From: Candidatus Omnitrophota bacterium
Lineage (GTDB): Bacteria > Omnitrophota > Gorgyraeia > Gygaellales > Profunditerraquicolaceae
DNA length: 64,000 nucleotides
Assembly (NCBI GenBank): GCA_023229385.1
Contig: JALNZI010000001.1
Location: 26,419 to 90,418, forward strand
Direction: 5' to 3'
The notes beneath the pieces are model-generated. The model was not told the origin of the DNA, did not search any database, and was given only the letters and a program-made list of their open reading frames with translations. The translations under genes were made by a program, and so were the position numbers. Shown in pieces: positions 43,065-51,889 of the stretch. The number at the start of each line of letters is the position of its first letter. Position 1 is the stretch's first letter.

Positions 43065-44333
43065 TTAGTAGCTTAATCCTGGGAAGTAGTTGTTCAAGCC
43101 ATTGAAATTCAATACTCTGTAGAATGTTCCTGATCCGAACATGTTATCAAGGATAGCATATCTGGTGCTCAAGATAATTCTTGGAGTAGCGTCTTCAGAG
43201 CCTAAAGTCTTCTGAACCATCAAAGGAATATAAGGCATATAGATGATACCGGATTGTCCAAGCTTTTCACCTTTAAATCCAACTAAGGCGTAATCGCTAG
43301 TTGCGAATGTATCAACGTATACTTCAATCTGTGAACCAAGCAATGTTCCAACTTTAACACCCATCTGAGAACCGTTAACCGAAGTTTCGTTTCTAGTAAA
43401 GATGCCATTGTTTAAGGACTGTAATGCCGCTACTACACCTGGGCTAGCAACTACAAAGTTACCTTGTCCCTGACGAGTAGTGATTCTCAATTTCTGAGAT
43501 GCAGCTACAATTGCGTTAGCAATGGTTGCAAATCTTTCCTGTGAGAAACGTCCATCAGATACAACAGTGGTTCCACTAATACCGGCTGTAAGATTTGGGC
43601 TTACGTCAATCGTATAAGCAGGAGCACCACCTAATGTTGGGTTAACAGCACAAGATTTCATTCTGATTAACAATTCACGATCCAACTCTTGCTGTAATTC
43701 ATACTGAAGAGTTTCCATCATTAATTGCTCAATGTCCTGTCCATGAACATTAGCAATATCTTGCTGCATTTCTACAGTGTATGATGTTTTGATTTTACGA
43801 GTTCCAGCTTCAATAGCTTTCTTCTCGATGGTTACTTTACCTTTAGCAATTTGGTTTTCTGGCTGGGTTAATCCACCTGCACAGTTTTCCATATAGTTAG
43901 AAAGCAATTCACCCTCTGGAGTAGTCCAAGTTGATGGAGCAGATGAAACACCTTTACCAGTCCATTCAGGTTTAACGTAGTTATAACCCATTTCAGTCTG
44001 GCTGAATGAATCAACTCCACACTCATCATAACGGAATCTCATAGCAAAAGCTAATCCGTAAGGCTGAGTTAATGGCTGAACGCTTGCGACATTCATAGCT
44101 AAAAGCTCAGGGAACATACGGCGAACTAGAGGCATAGCATAGTTCTGGTACTGTTGCATGTCTGAAGATACAGACTGTGATTCTGGTAAGAATCCTTTAT
44201 TAAGTTTATACTGGTTCTCAAGCAAGGTAGCTACAGTATGAGCTTCTGATTGAGTCTTTAAAGCACGGCCAATTGGCATTTCCAAAGCGCCTTGCCATTT
44301 TTTGATTAATGATTGATTTACTACTGGTTTCAT
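43065..44333 (-). CDS. gp23: major capsid protein (T4 gp23-like)
   Basis: 422 aa. MPLVRRMFPELLAMNVASVQPLTQPYGLAFAMRFRY parallels T4 gp23 MGMVRRAIPNLIAFDICGVQPMNSPTGQVFALRAVY. G+C is higher than in the neighbouring genes. Confidence 0.85.
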   Translation of the reverse strand: MKPVVNQSLIKKWQGALEMPIGRALKTQSEAHTVATLLENQYKLNKGFLPESQSVSSDMQQYQNYAMPLVRRMFPELLAMNVASVQPLTQPYGLAFAMRFRYDECGVDSFSQTEMGYNYVKPEWTGKGVSSAPSTWTTPEGELLSNYMENCAGGLTQPENQIAKGKVTIEKKAIEAGTRKIKTSYTVEMQQDIANVHGQDIEQLMMETLQYELQQELDRELLIRMKSCAVNPTLGGAPAYTIDVSPNLTAGISGTTVVSDGRFSQERFATIANAIVAASQKLRITTRQGQGNFVVASPGVVAALQSLNNGIFTRNETSVNGSQMGVKVGTLLGSQIEVYVDTFATSDYALVGFKGEKLGQSGIIYMPYIPLMVQKTLGSEDATPRIILSTRYAILDNMFGSGTFYRVLNFNGLNNYFPGLSY

Positions 44334-44336
44334 ATT

Positions 44337-44387
44337 TTCTCCTAAATTAAGGACTATTCCTCATCCTTTAATTTATATTTAGGAGAA
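44337..44387 (-). promoter_or_regulatory. 11-bp perfect inverted repeat enclosing the MCP Shine-Dalgarno, with an inner hairpin
   Basis: TTCTCCTAAAT (44337-44347) pairs with ATTTAGGAGAA (44377-44387). In the mRNA the downstream arm is the AGGAGA Shine-Dalgarno. The inner stem is AAGGA/TCCTT. Confidence 0.45.
44376..44382 (-). promoter_or_regulatory. late-type box CTAAATA
   Basis: 42 nt upstream of ATG 44333, overlapping the upstream arm of the inverted repeat. Confidence 0.4.
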
Positions 44388-44430
44388 TGATTTTAAAATT
44401 ATAAAAAGTGATCAAAAAAGTGTATAAGAA

Positions 44431-45228
44431 TTATCCCCAAGTTCTCATAAATTCATTAACAGGATCATTATCATCTACTTGATTATCTTCTTCATTATTA
44501 TGCATAGCATATGCTTCATCTAATACAGTCTTTTTAAGTTTAGGAATATTTATTTTAGTATTAGGTTTGAATTTTCCATCTAATACTGTTTTATTAGTAG
44601 CAATAGTACTATTATCTGATTCTAATAAACTATTAGCTTCTGATAGTAGAGAATCAACATCTTTATCAGAACTTTCAAATTGAATAGATTTAGCAGATTT
44701 TTCATCTTTTAGTTTAGTAACATATAATGCAACTTCTTTTAAGAAATCATCTCTACTTAATTTATCATATCTAGGGTCATTTTTAAATCTATTAATAGCA
44801 GTATTGATTATATCTTTATTCATACCAGATAAGCTGGCTTCTATTGTTTCATGTATTTCTAACATATCTCTTAAGTCCTGTATTGTTTTAACTGCTTCCA
44901 TTAATGTTGATTGCATATCAATTAATGTGCTATTGGTTTCGGTGGTATTTTCTGAAATGCTCTCTGTTAAAGTATTTTTAATACCTTTACCATTAAGAAC
45001 AGATACTATACTATCTACAATAGGTTTATAGTATATTTTATCACAACTTTTATCTATTGATTCTAATTGAACATTCTTTTTAATTGCTTCTGATGCGAAT
45101 TTTTTTAAAGTATCATATAATTCATCTTTTAATTTATTAAAATGATCCTTATACTGACTTTCCAATAATGATTCTTTTTTAGCTACTTCAGCTTCAATTA
45201 ATGTTTGCATTTCAGGTGATATATTCAT
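44431..45228 (-). CDS. gp22: prohead scaffold protein (T4 gp22 position)
   Basis: 265 aa, acidic and helix-rich, lying between the protease and the MCP as in T4. Confidence 0.55.
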   Translation of the reverse strand: MNISPEMQTLIEAEVAKKESLLESQYKDHFNKLKDELYDTLKKFASEAIKKNVQLESIDKSCDKIYYKPIVDSIVSVLNGKGIKNTLTESISENTTETNSTLIDMQSTLMEAVKTIQDLRDMLEIHETIEASLSGMNKDIINTAINRFKNDPRYDKLSRDDFLKEVALYVTKLKDEKSAKSIQFESSDKDVDSLLSEANSLLESDNSTIATNKTVLDGKFKPNTKINIPKLKKTVLDEAYAMHNNEEDNQVDDNDPVNEFMRTWG

Positions 45229-45968
45229 TATTTACCAATAGTATTTAGAAGTTTGTTAAGTGAATAATATTGAGTCTGCATTAATGTACCAGCCTTAACA
45301 GACATATCAACTTCATTTCTAAACTCTGCAATAGCTGATTCAACCAAAGGTCTATAATATCCATTAACTGATTCAGTTAGAAGTTTTTTACTAGGGGAAG
45401 TAGCTTCCATTACAGCTTGCATCATTGCATCTTTACCATAAGAAGGACGGCCAACTGCATCAATGGTTATTAATTCATAATCATCAGATACTATATTTCT
45501 TCCACCATCTCTATAAACAGAGCCTAATCCTCTTAACGAAACTCCAATAGGAATTCCTTCATCTGCTAATATTTTTAAAATAGCCCCGCAAGGATGTTTT
45601 TCAATGACTCTGAATTTAATCATCATTCTATTGCCAACCATTTTTAACTCTTCTATAATATGGCTAACTTTTTCTAAATTAATTTCAGTAACAGGTAATA
45701 GTTTAGGATTACCTTCATCATCTACAGGTGGATGGTTCAATTCACCTAATGCATTAAATGTTTTAATATAATTTTCATTATAATTATTACACTCTCTCGA
45801 CATTAATCTTGTAGGATATGTTCTGCCATTTATACCTGCTTCATCACATACAATAGCAGTGCCCTTCATTTTTAATCGTTTAACTCCAGGCATTGTTCCA
45901 ATAGATTCATATATTGGAGTGATTAGTGAAGTACCTTCATTACCGTCAACTAGTTTTAGTTTACCCAT
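45228..45968 (-). CDS. gp21: prohead core protease (T4 gp21-like)
   Basis: 246 aa. NGRTYP, GELNHPP, EKVSHII and VSLRGLGSV parallel remembered gp21 (GELDHP, ISSRGLGS). Confidence 0.7.
   Translation of the reverse strand: MGKLKLVDGNEGTSLITPIYESIGTMPGVKRLKMKGTAIVCDEAGINGRTYPTRLMSRECNNYNENYIKTFNALGELNHPPVDDEGNPKLLPVTEINLEKVSHIIEELKMVGNRMMIKFRVIEKHPCGAILKILADEGIPIGVSLRGLGSVYRDGGRNIVSDDYELITIDAVGRPSYGKDAMMQAVMEATSPSKKLLTESVNGYYRPLVESAIAEFRNEVDMSVKAGTLMQTQYYSLNKLLNTIGK
45242..45248 (-). promoter_or_regulatory. late-type box CTAAATA (CTAAATACTATT)
   Basis: 13 nt upstream of ATG 45228. The extension matches the T4 TATAAATACTATT tail. Confidence 0.4.
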
Positions 45969-45970
45969 TG

Positions 45971-46129
45971 TTATTTACCACTTTCAAGTTCATTAAATCT
46001 AGTCGAAACAATATTGTTATATTGCTCTTCTAATACTTCAGAAAAAAGTAACAAAAAAGAGTCTAGATCTTTATTGGAAATAGACTCTATCAATATTTTC
46101 TCTCTAATTTTATCTGAAGCTAAACTCAT
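45971..46129 (-). CDS. small acidic protein (52 aa) at the T4 gp67/gp68 position, below the ORF-track cutoff
   Basis: Hand-translated as MSLASDKIREKILIESISNKDLDSFLLLFSEVLEEQYNNIVSTRFNELESGK*. TATAAATA lies 7 nt upstream. Confidence 0.45.
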   Translation of the reverse strand: MSLASDKIREKILIESISNKDLDSFLLLFSEVLEEQYNNIVSTRFNELESGK

Positions 46130-46136
46130 AATAAAT

Positions 46137-46144
46137 TATTTATA
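46137..46144 (-). promoter_or_regulatory. late-type box TATAAATA
   Basis: 7 nt upstream of ATG 46129. Confidence 0.45.
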
Positions 46145-46162
46145 TAATATTATTAAATTACA

Positions 46163-48001
46163 TTATTTTTCACTTGGTAGCTCTAAGTTAGGCGCTGAGT
46201 TCTCAGGTTCAGTTGCAGGAGCTTCTTCACCTCCGGGTTCTCCCATAGGTGCTTCTAAAGGGGCTGCGCCACCAATACCACCCAATTCACTTCCCCCTAT
46301 TTCATCTCCACCAAACCCACTACCGCCACCTTCGGGTACATTTAAAGTTTGAGTTTCTTTATTTATTTCTTCTAGCCTTTCTTTTTCTCTTAAGCGTCTA
46401 ACTAATTCTTTATCTCTTAATTGTAAATTCTTACTATATTGCTCATCGCTCATTTGACAGAAGTCTTTAAGAACTAATTCTTTAGCTAATATATCTTTTG
46501 GACCTCCACTAAAATCAGCGAGGAATTCAGAAGCTTTAGCTAATATATCTAATTTCATATTAATCATTTCTGATTCTTTAATCATCTTAAATACATTAGA
46601 CTGTTCAAATGTAACTTGGTATAATTTAGGATCTTTTATCTTATCATCATATTCAGGTCTAGTCTCTAAGTACATTATGAATAAATCAATCAATACTTTA
46701 CCAAAGCTAGCTTGCATGTTTTCAATAAAACGAGTTAAAATAACTTGTTCAACATCAATTTCCCCAGGTTTACCTATTGAAGCTGGTTGAGCTTGTTGAG
46801 TATTCATTCTTGAACGACTTCTAGGGTATTTTAATGCTTGATAGATTTTCTCTCTAAAATAATTCAATGGAGTTATTTCACCAATATTAGTACCGGCTGG
46901 GAGAACATCAATTTTAGAAGGGCTAGTTCCATCTGGAACTGGAACAAAGATAGATTCAGACATAGCCTGAATTCTTTCACTTCCTAATATAGTACCTTCA
47001 TCTCCATTATAATAAACTTTTCTATTCAATACATTAGCTTGTCTTTGTAAATGCTCTTCTGCTTTAGGAGGCGGCATTTTACCAGTTGAAATATAATAGA
47101 CTAATTTTTCAGTACCTCTAGTTATAATGTATTTGGCATATGAATCTTCAAGATTGCCTAAAACATTTACGAATTTTTTAGCAGGTTCTAAATAAGATTG
47201 TCTATCGTTAATTCCACCCATTCCCCAACTTTGATAATCCCACCATAATATTTGATTTACTGAATAATCTTTGTAAGTATAGCGACCATTATTTGTTGCA
47301 GCTTTATCTATATTAATTCCACCATATTCATTATCAATAATCTGTCTAAATCCAACAATAACTCCATCATCTATAATTACTAACATATTATATGAAGGTA
47401 AATGATTAACACCTGTTATTTTATTTTTTTCTTTATTATAACAAACTTCCCAAAATTGCGCTCCTTCAACTAAAAATTTAATGAATACATTTTTTGCAAC
47501 TTCATTAAAGTTAAATATTGTTTGCATGACATTACTAAAATCTTGCTGTAAATTATTTTTAGAAATATCTCCAATAGCAACTCCAGGGTATCTATCATTA
47601 ATAGCTAATGATATTACTTGACCTCTTCCATTATCAGTAATAGCTTCATTAGCTATATTCTCTACAATCTCAGAAACTTCTGGATTTTTTAACATATTTC
47701 TGTATGAAATAACCCTTTGTCTTAATTTCTGATGGCTATCATCTACTATTTTATCAGCTATTAATTTTCTACGCTCAATTGGATCTTTTTCTAATTGGGA
47801 ATTTCGATATAATAAAACTGGACCTTCGGCTGTAGCTGAAATGGGCATTACTGCTCGTTCAGACTGCCCTACTTTATCTCTATTAGCTTCAGCATCGCGT
47901 TTGGATTCAACTTTTCTAAAATCCTTAAAATCATCATATTTAGAATTATTTGTTAATTGAATTAACTTTTGTTTTCTTCTATCTTCAGCAGACTGTATCA
48001 T
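46163..48001 (-). CDS. gp20: portal protein (T4 gp20-like) with a Gly/Pro/Glu-rich C-terminal extension
   Basis: 612 aa. RNMLKNPEVSEIVENIANEAI and LEDSYAKYIITRGTEKLVYYISTGKMPPPKAEEHLQ parallel T4 gp20 ([36 protein letters not shown]). Confidence 0.85.
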   Translation of the reverse strand: MIQSAEDRRKQKLIQLTNNSKYDDFKDFRKVESKRDAEANRDKVGQSERAVMPISATAEGPVLLYRNSQLEKDPIERRKLIADKIVDDSHQKLRQRVISYRNMLKNPEVSEIVENIANEAITDNGRGQVISLAINDRYPGVAIGDISKNNLQQDFSNVMQTIFNFNEVAKNVFIKFLVEGAQFWEVCYNKEKNKITGVNHLPSYNMLVIIDDGVIVGFRQIIDNEYGGINIDKAATNNGRYTYKDYSVNQILWWDYQSWGMGGINDRQSYLEPAKKFVNVLGNLEDSYAKYIITRGTEKLVYYISTGKMPPPKAEEHLQRQANVLNRKVYYNGDEGTILGSERIQAMSESIFVPVPDGTSPSKIDVLPAGTNIGEITPLNYFREKIYQALKYPRSRSRMNTQQAQPASIGKPGEIDVEQVILTRFIENMQASFGKVLIDLFIMYLETRPEYDDKIKDPKLYQVTFEQSNVFKMIKESEMINMKLDILAKASEFLADFSGGPKDILAKELVLKDFCQMSDEQYSKNLQLRDKELVRRLREKERLEEINKETQTLNVPEGGGSGFGGDEIGGSELGGIGGAAPLEAPMGEPGGEEAPATEPENSAPNLELPSEK

Positions 48002-48007
48002 TTAAAT

Positions 48008-48014
48008 TATTTAG
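48008..48014 (-). promoter_or_regulatory. late-type box CTAAATA
   Basis: 6 nt upstream of ATG 48001. Confidence 0.5.
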
Positions 48015-48017
48015 TAA

Positions 48018-48752
48018 TTATTTAATACTTGAATATAGACTATCATATGCTTTAAGATATTTTTCAGCTAATAATTCATATACTTTTTTAGCAATTGGCT
48101 TATTTCTTTTCTTAAATGATTGAGAATCTGGGTCGAATTTATATTCGCGTCTAATCTTAATTTCACTCTTTTTGTCTACTTTAGCTCCTTTAGTAGCTAA
48201 ATCTAATAGTCTATTTCTTATTAAACTATTTTTCTTATTGAAATAACAAATATCTTGAATTAATTCAACATTATTCTCAACTCCAATAATTCTAGAGCTA
48301 AAGACTTCATTAAAATCTCTATAATTATCTATAGAAATTTCAACTAGCCCAACTGCTTCTAATATGTCAGTTCCTTGTAATATTTTAGCTATATATTTAA
48401 AAATTCTCTCAGTTATATCTAAATCAAATGGAACATCATTAATATATTCAATTTCAGTCATATTAGGGATCAATGAACTGAATGATTTAATTTTACTAGA
48501 TTTCTTTAATTCAAGCACATCTGAATTATCTAAAACCAAAGAAGTCATTAATACCAATATTTTATTTTTTGTTTTTTCATCAATGGTTTCACTAGAATTA
48601 ACATGTTCAATTAATTTATTAATTGCATCTACATAGCCATTGGTTAATGATTCAATATATTCTCTATTGAATTTTCTATAAGGGGATTCTTTTGGAATCC
48701 CATTGACTGCTATTTCACCACTTGCTTCTCTAAATTGATATATATTAGACAT
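48018..48752 (-). CDS. hypothetical late protein
   Basis: 244-aa ORF. Confidence 0.5.
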   Translation of the reverse strand: MSNIYQFREASGEIAVNGIPKESPYRKFNREYIESLTNGYVDAINKLIEHVNSSETIDEKTKNKILVLMTSLVLDNSDVLELKKSSKIKSFSSLIPNMTEIEYINDVPFDLDITERIFKYIAKILQGTDILEAVGLVEISIDNYRDFNEVFSSRIIGVENNVELIQDICYFNKKNSLIRNRLLDLATKGAKVDKKSEIKIRREYKFDPDSQSFKKRNKPIAKKVYELLAEKYLKAYDSLYSSIK

Positions 48753-48757
48753 ACAAT

Positions 48758-48764
48758 TATTTAT
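48758..48764 (-). promoter_or_regulatory. late-type box ATAAATA
   Basis: 5 nt upstream of ATG 48752. Confidence 0.45.
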
Positions 48765-48777
48765 CTTAATTATAGTT

Positions 48778-49917
48778 TTACTTAATTTTCTTGCTATATG
48801 CTGTGGCAGTTGCTACATTCTTTTTTTCTTTATCTAAATTATCAATATCTCTAAAATTGCTTTGCATTTTTCCATAATCAGATGATGTTTGGTATGGTGT
48901 ATTGATAGTTTTTAATTTATCCTTAATATCTTCTTTTCCAAAAGCTATTTCTGTTGCAGTTTTTTCAGTATTAGTTATTGCTTTTTTAATTAAATTAGGT
49001 TTTAAATCATCTAAATTAGATTCTATAGTGAAAACTATTTTATTAATTAATTCATTTATCTTTTTAATATTATTAGCTTCATTTTTATTGTATAATATTC
49101 CAATATTAATTGTTTTAACTCTTCCATCAACCTTTGTATTAATATCAAATCCAAATTTATATAAATTAGTCAATTTTTCAAAGTTCCAATCTTGGTTGTT
49201 TGAAAATCCAGTAGATAATTGTCTTGTTATATCATTTAATTTATCATTCCATTCCCCAATATTTAATTCAGTGTTATTAAAATCAGAAGATGAACTTGGA
49301 TTTAAATATCCATTTTCCATATAAGTAATTTTAGGAGGATCATATAATGTGTCTAAATTAGATACAAATGATTTTTTAAATAATTCACCTGATTCAACTT
49401 TAGAATTTAAATAATCTATTATATTTAAATTATATAAAGCTACAAAATAAAAATAATGTCTGTATATAGCTGTAATTTTTCTGTATTGGAAGTCATCAGT
49501 TGTTCTATAATTAGCTGTATCACTTTTACCACCTGATAGATTTCTATATTCTATGGCGATATTAGTTGCAACTTTTTCAATTAAAGTAATTACGTTTTTT
49601 TGCAATTCAGATAATACTGCTAAACTTGTTTTAGCCTTATTTGACATAGCATATTGAGAGAAATAATTAATGATTACATTCCATAAATCCATATTAGATA
49701 ATTTTGTGCCAGCTAATTTAATATTTTCATTAGCCCCCATATATGAAAATTCTTCATTAGATTTAGTATATTCATTTAATATTCTTAATGCTTCATCTTG
49801 ACTAGCTGTATTGATTTTAGGTAAATTGATTTTTTCAGGGGCTTTAGTAGTAGGCTCATCTACGGTAGATGTTTCTTCTAATAAGTAATATCTCCCCTTA
49901 TATATTAATTCATTCAT
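48778..49917 (-). CDS. hypothetical late/structural protein
   Basis: 379-aa ORF. Confidence 0.5.
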   Translation of the reverse strand: MNELIYKGRYYLLEETSTVDEPTTKAPEKINLPKINTASQDEALRILNEYTKSNEEFSYMGANENIKLAGTKLSNMDLWNVIINYFSQYAMSNKAKTSLAVLSELQKNVITLIEKVATNIAIEYRNLSGGKSDTANYRTTDDFQYRKITAIYRHYFYFVALYNLNIIDYLNSKVESGELFKKSFVSNLDTLYDPPKITYMENGYLNPSSSSDFNNTELNIGEWNDKLNDITRQLSTGFSNNQDWNFEKLTNLYKFGFDINTKVDGRVKTINIGILYNKNEANNIKKINELINKIVFTIESNLDDLKPNLIKKAITNTEKTATEIAFGKEDIKDKLKTINTPYQTSSDYGKMQSNFRDIDNLDKEKKNVATATAYSKKIK

Positions 49918-49922
49918 ATTAT

Positions 49923-49929
49923 TATTTAT
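49923..49929 (-). promoter_or_regulatory. late-type box ATAAATA
   Basis: 5 nt upstream of ATG 49917. Confidence 0.45.
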
Positions 49930-51353
49930 GGTTCAGGTGGAGTAATCATCTCATCGAACGATGTAGTATTAGTTGAATATTTTATTGCTTGAGAAATATC
50001 AATAACACCTCTAGTTGTTTTTACAAAATCTCTATTAGGGGGAGTAATCATTTCTTCAAATATTGTCATGCTATTTGCAATAGTTTTTGCAGTATCAATA
50101 TCATTTATTAATTTAGTTGGATCAATTCCTAAATCGCCAATCAAACCATGCTCATTTATTTCAAATCGTATATCAGTATAAGCAGAAGAAGTTTTATTAA
50201 TTTCTTCGGCTATTTTACTTTCAGAAATATTAGATAAAGTATTATTATATACACTATCACTAGAATCAGACATAGTTAATTCAACTAAATCAAAATCATC
50301 TTTAGTTGGCAAATAATCGGTTGGCATTATATATATCGTACTAGTAGAGATAGTAATCTTTTCTTCAAATTCATTATAGTAATAGAAATAAGTATTACCA
50401 GAATCATCTTCATAAAATGTTAAACTTCCACTATTAACAATATTATTATTTTCATCAAATGTATAGCTATATGCTTCATCATATAATATTTGAAATAATT
50501 GTTTGTTATTATAATCGCCTAATATTGAATAATAAATAATAGCTTCTTTTAGTGAATATTTGTTATTTTGTGCCCACGTTATTAATGAAATAATAGTGTA
50601 TTGTTTTTTTAAATTAATTTCACATTTTAGCTTCCATAAACTTAAATAATCTTCTTCAACAATTTCTAGATCATCTGATAGATAAGTATTTCCAGTATAG
50701 GGTATTTCATTATCTAAAACAGTAAGTATATCATAATTATCATAAATTGTATTAAGAAAATCATCTCTCATAGTAGATATTTCATTTGGAGCTAATCCAG
50801 GATGCCATTCCCAATGAGAAAAATTAGAATACCCCGAAAATAATCCACCCCAATATATAACATATGGATCATCAACATATTTTTTTAATAAATCATTAAC
50901 ATCTGCTTTTACATTATAGATTATACTAGGATATACTCCAAATATTTTTACAACATTGCCATCCAATAAGTTTGCACTAAACCAATCCTGACAAGCTTTA
51001 ATAAAAGTAGTAGCAGATCCATCATCAAAATTTAAAGATGTTTTTATATAATCATTAGTGGAACTTGCATCAATTATTTGGTCAGATGTTTTATTGTAAA
51101 CATTTATAGATATTGCATTACCATATAAATACCAGCTTAATCCATTTTTTCTATCTTCAAATAATGTAGTAATTTTTTTCTCACAATACCAAGATCGTTT
51201 AGTACGAACAATATCATATGCATAAGTTGGATTATTGGCAACCCAATAATCTAAAAATTTAATAAGATGATTAACAATAGGAATAAAAGCGCGTTTTAAT
51301 TCGCTTATTGCTACGCTAGTTTCATTATATATTTTAGGTAAAGAACTATCCAT
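49926..51353 (-). CDS. hypothetical late/structural protein
   Basis: 475-aa ORF with an 8-nt overlap with the upstream gene. Confidence 0.5.
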   Translation of the reverse strand: MDSSLPKIYNETSVAISELKRAFIPIVNHLIKFLDYWVANNPTYAYDIVRTKRSWYCEKKITTLFEDRKNGLSWYLYGNAISINVYNKTSDQIIDASSTNDYIKTSLNFDDGSATTFIKACQDWFSANLLDGNVVKIFGVYPSIIYNVKADVNDLLKKYVDDPYVIYWGGLFSGYSNFSHWEWHPGLAPNEISTMRDDFLNTIYDNYDILTVLDNEIPYTGNTYLSDDLEIVEEDYLSLWKLKCEINLKKQYTIISLITWAQNNKYSLKEAIIYYSILGDYNNKQLFQILYDEAYSYTFDENNNIVNSGSLTFYEDDSGNTYFYYYNEFEEKITISTSTIYIMPTDYLPTKDDFDLVELTMSDSSDSVYNNTLSNISESKIAEEINKTSSAYTDIRFEINEHGLIGDLGIDPTKLINDIDTAKTIANSMTIFEEMITPPNRDFVKTTRGVIDISQAIKYSTNTTSFDEMITPPEP

Positions 51354-51816
51354 TTAATTCGCTTATTTTGCCATGAACCCAATTAACGAATTCAGCTAAT
51401 GAGGTTTTAGGGTCGTCTTGTGAAATGCTGTCTAATTTAGTCCAAATGTCATCTGAAAACATTTTAAACTTATCTTCATCTACATCATTTATGCCCAATC
51501 TTGTGAAAAATGAAGATACATATTCTTTAATATTATCTTGATCGAGCATATCAGCAGTCATTATTTCTATTAAATTATGAATAGCTGGATCATTATCTAT
51601 ATAACTATTAAGTACTTTACCATTTAAAAATATATCAGAATTTTTAACAGTAGATTCTTCAGGAGGCGGCGCAATTTGAACATTACTATTGTTTGGTTCA
51701 TTAGTTGAATCATCGGTAGGTGCAGGCGTTTCATCAGGTGCATCATCTGCTTCAAATATTCCAGTGACAATATTCATAAAGTCATCATTTAAATTATTAT
51801 TAGTAAAAATATCCAT
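51346..51816 (-). CDS. hypothetical acidic protein
   Basis: 156-aa ORF. Confidence 0.5.
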   Translation of the reverse strand: MDIFTNNNLNDDFMNIVTGIFEADDAPDETPAPTDDSTNEPNNSNVQIAPPPEESTVKNSDIFLNGKVLNSYIDNDPAIHNLIEIMTADMLDQDNIKEYVSSFFTRLGINDVDEDKFKMFSDDIWTKLDSISQDDPKTSLAEFVNWVHGKISELNG

Positions 51817-51822
51817 ATATGT

Positions 51823-51829
51823 TATTTAG
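51823..51829 (-). promoter_or_regulatory. late-type box CTAAATA
   Basis: 6 nt upstream of ATG 51816, directly after a terminator. Confidence 0.5.
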
Positions 51830-51833
51830 ATAA

Positions 51834-51863
51834 AATAAAAAAGGAGTTGCTAACAACTCCTTT
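51834..51863 (-). terminator. intrinsic terminator
   Basis: On the minus strand: AGGAGTTG-TTAG-CAACTCCT followed by TTTTTT. Confidence 0.6.
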
Positions 51864-51889
51864 CTATTAACCAACTAATTAATAATTAA

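Noticed and set aside
46014-46352. 112-aa plus-strand ORF with a Pro/Ser/Gly-rich tail
   Set aside because: It is the antisense shadow of the portal's Gly/Glu/Pro-rich C-terminus and of the small minus-strand ORF. It has no start context and interrupts the T4-order head module.
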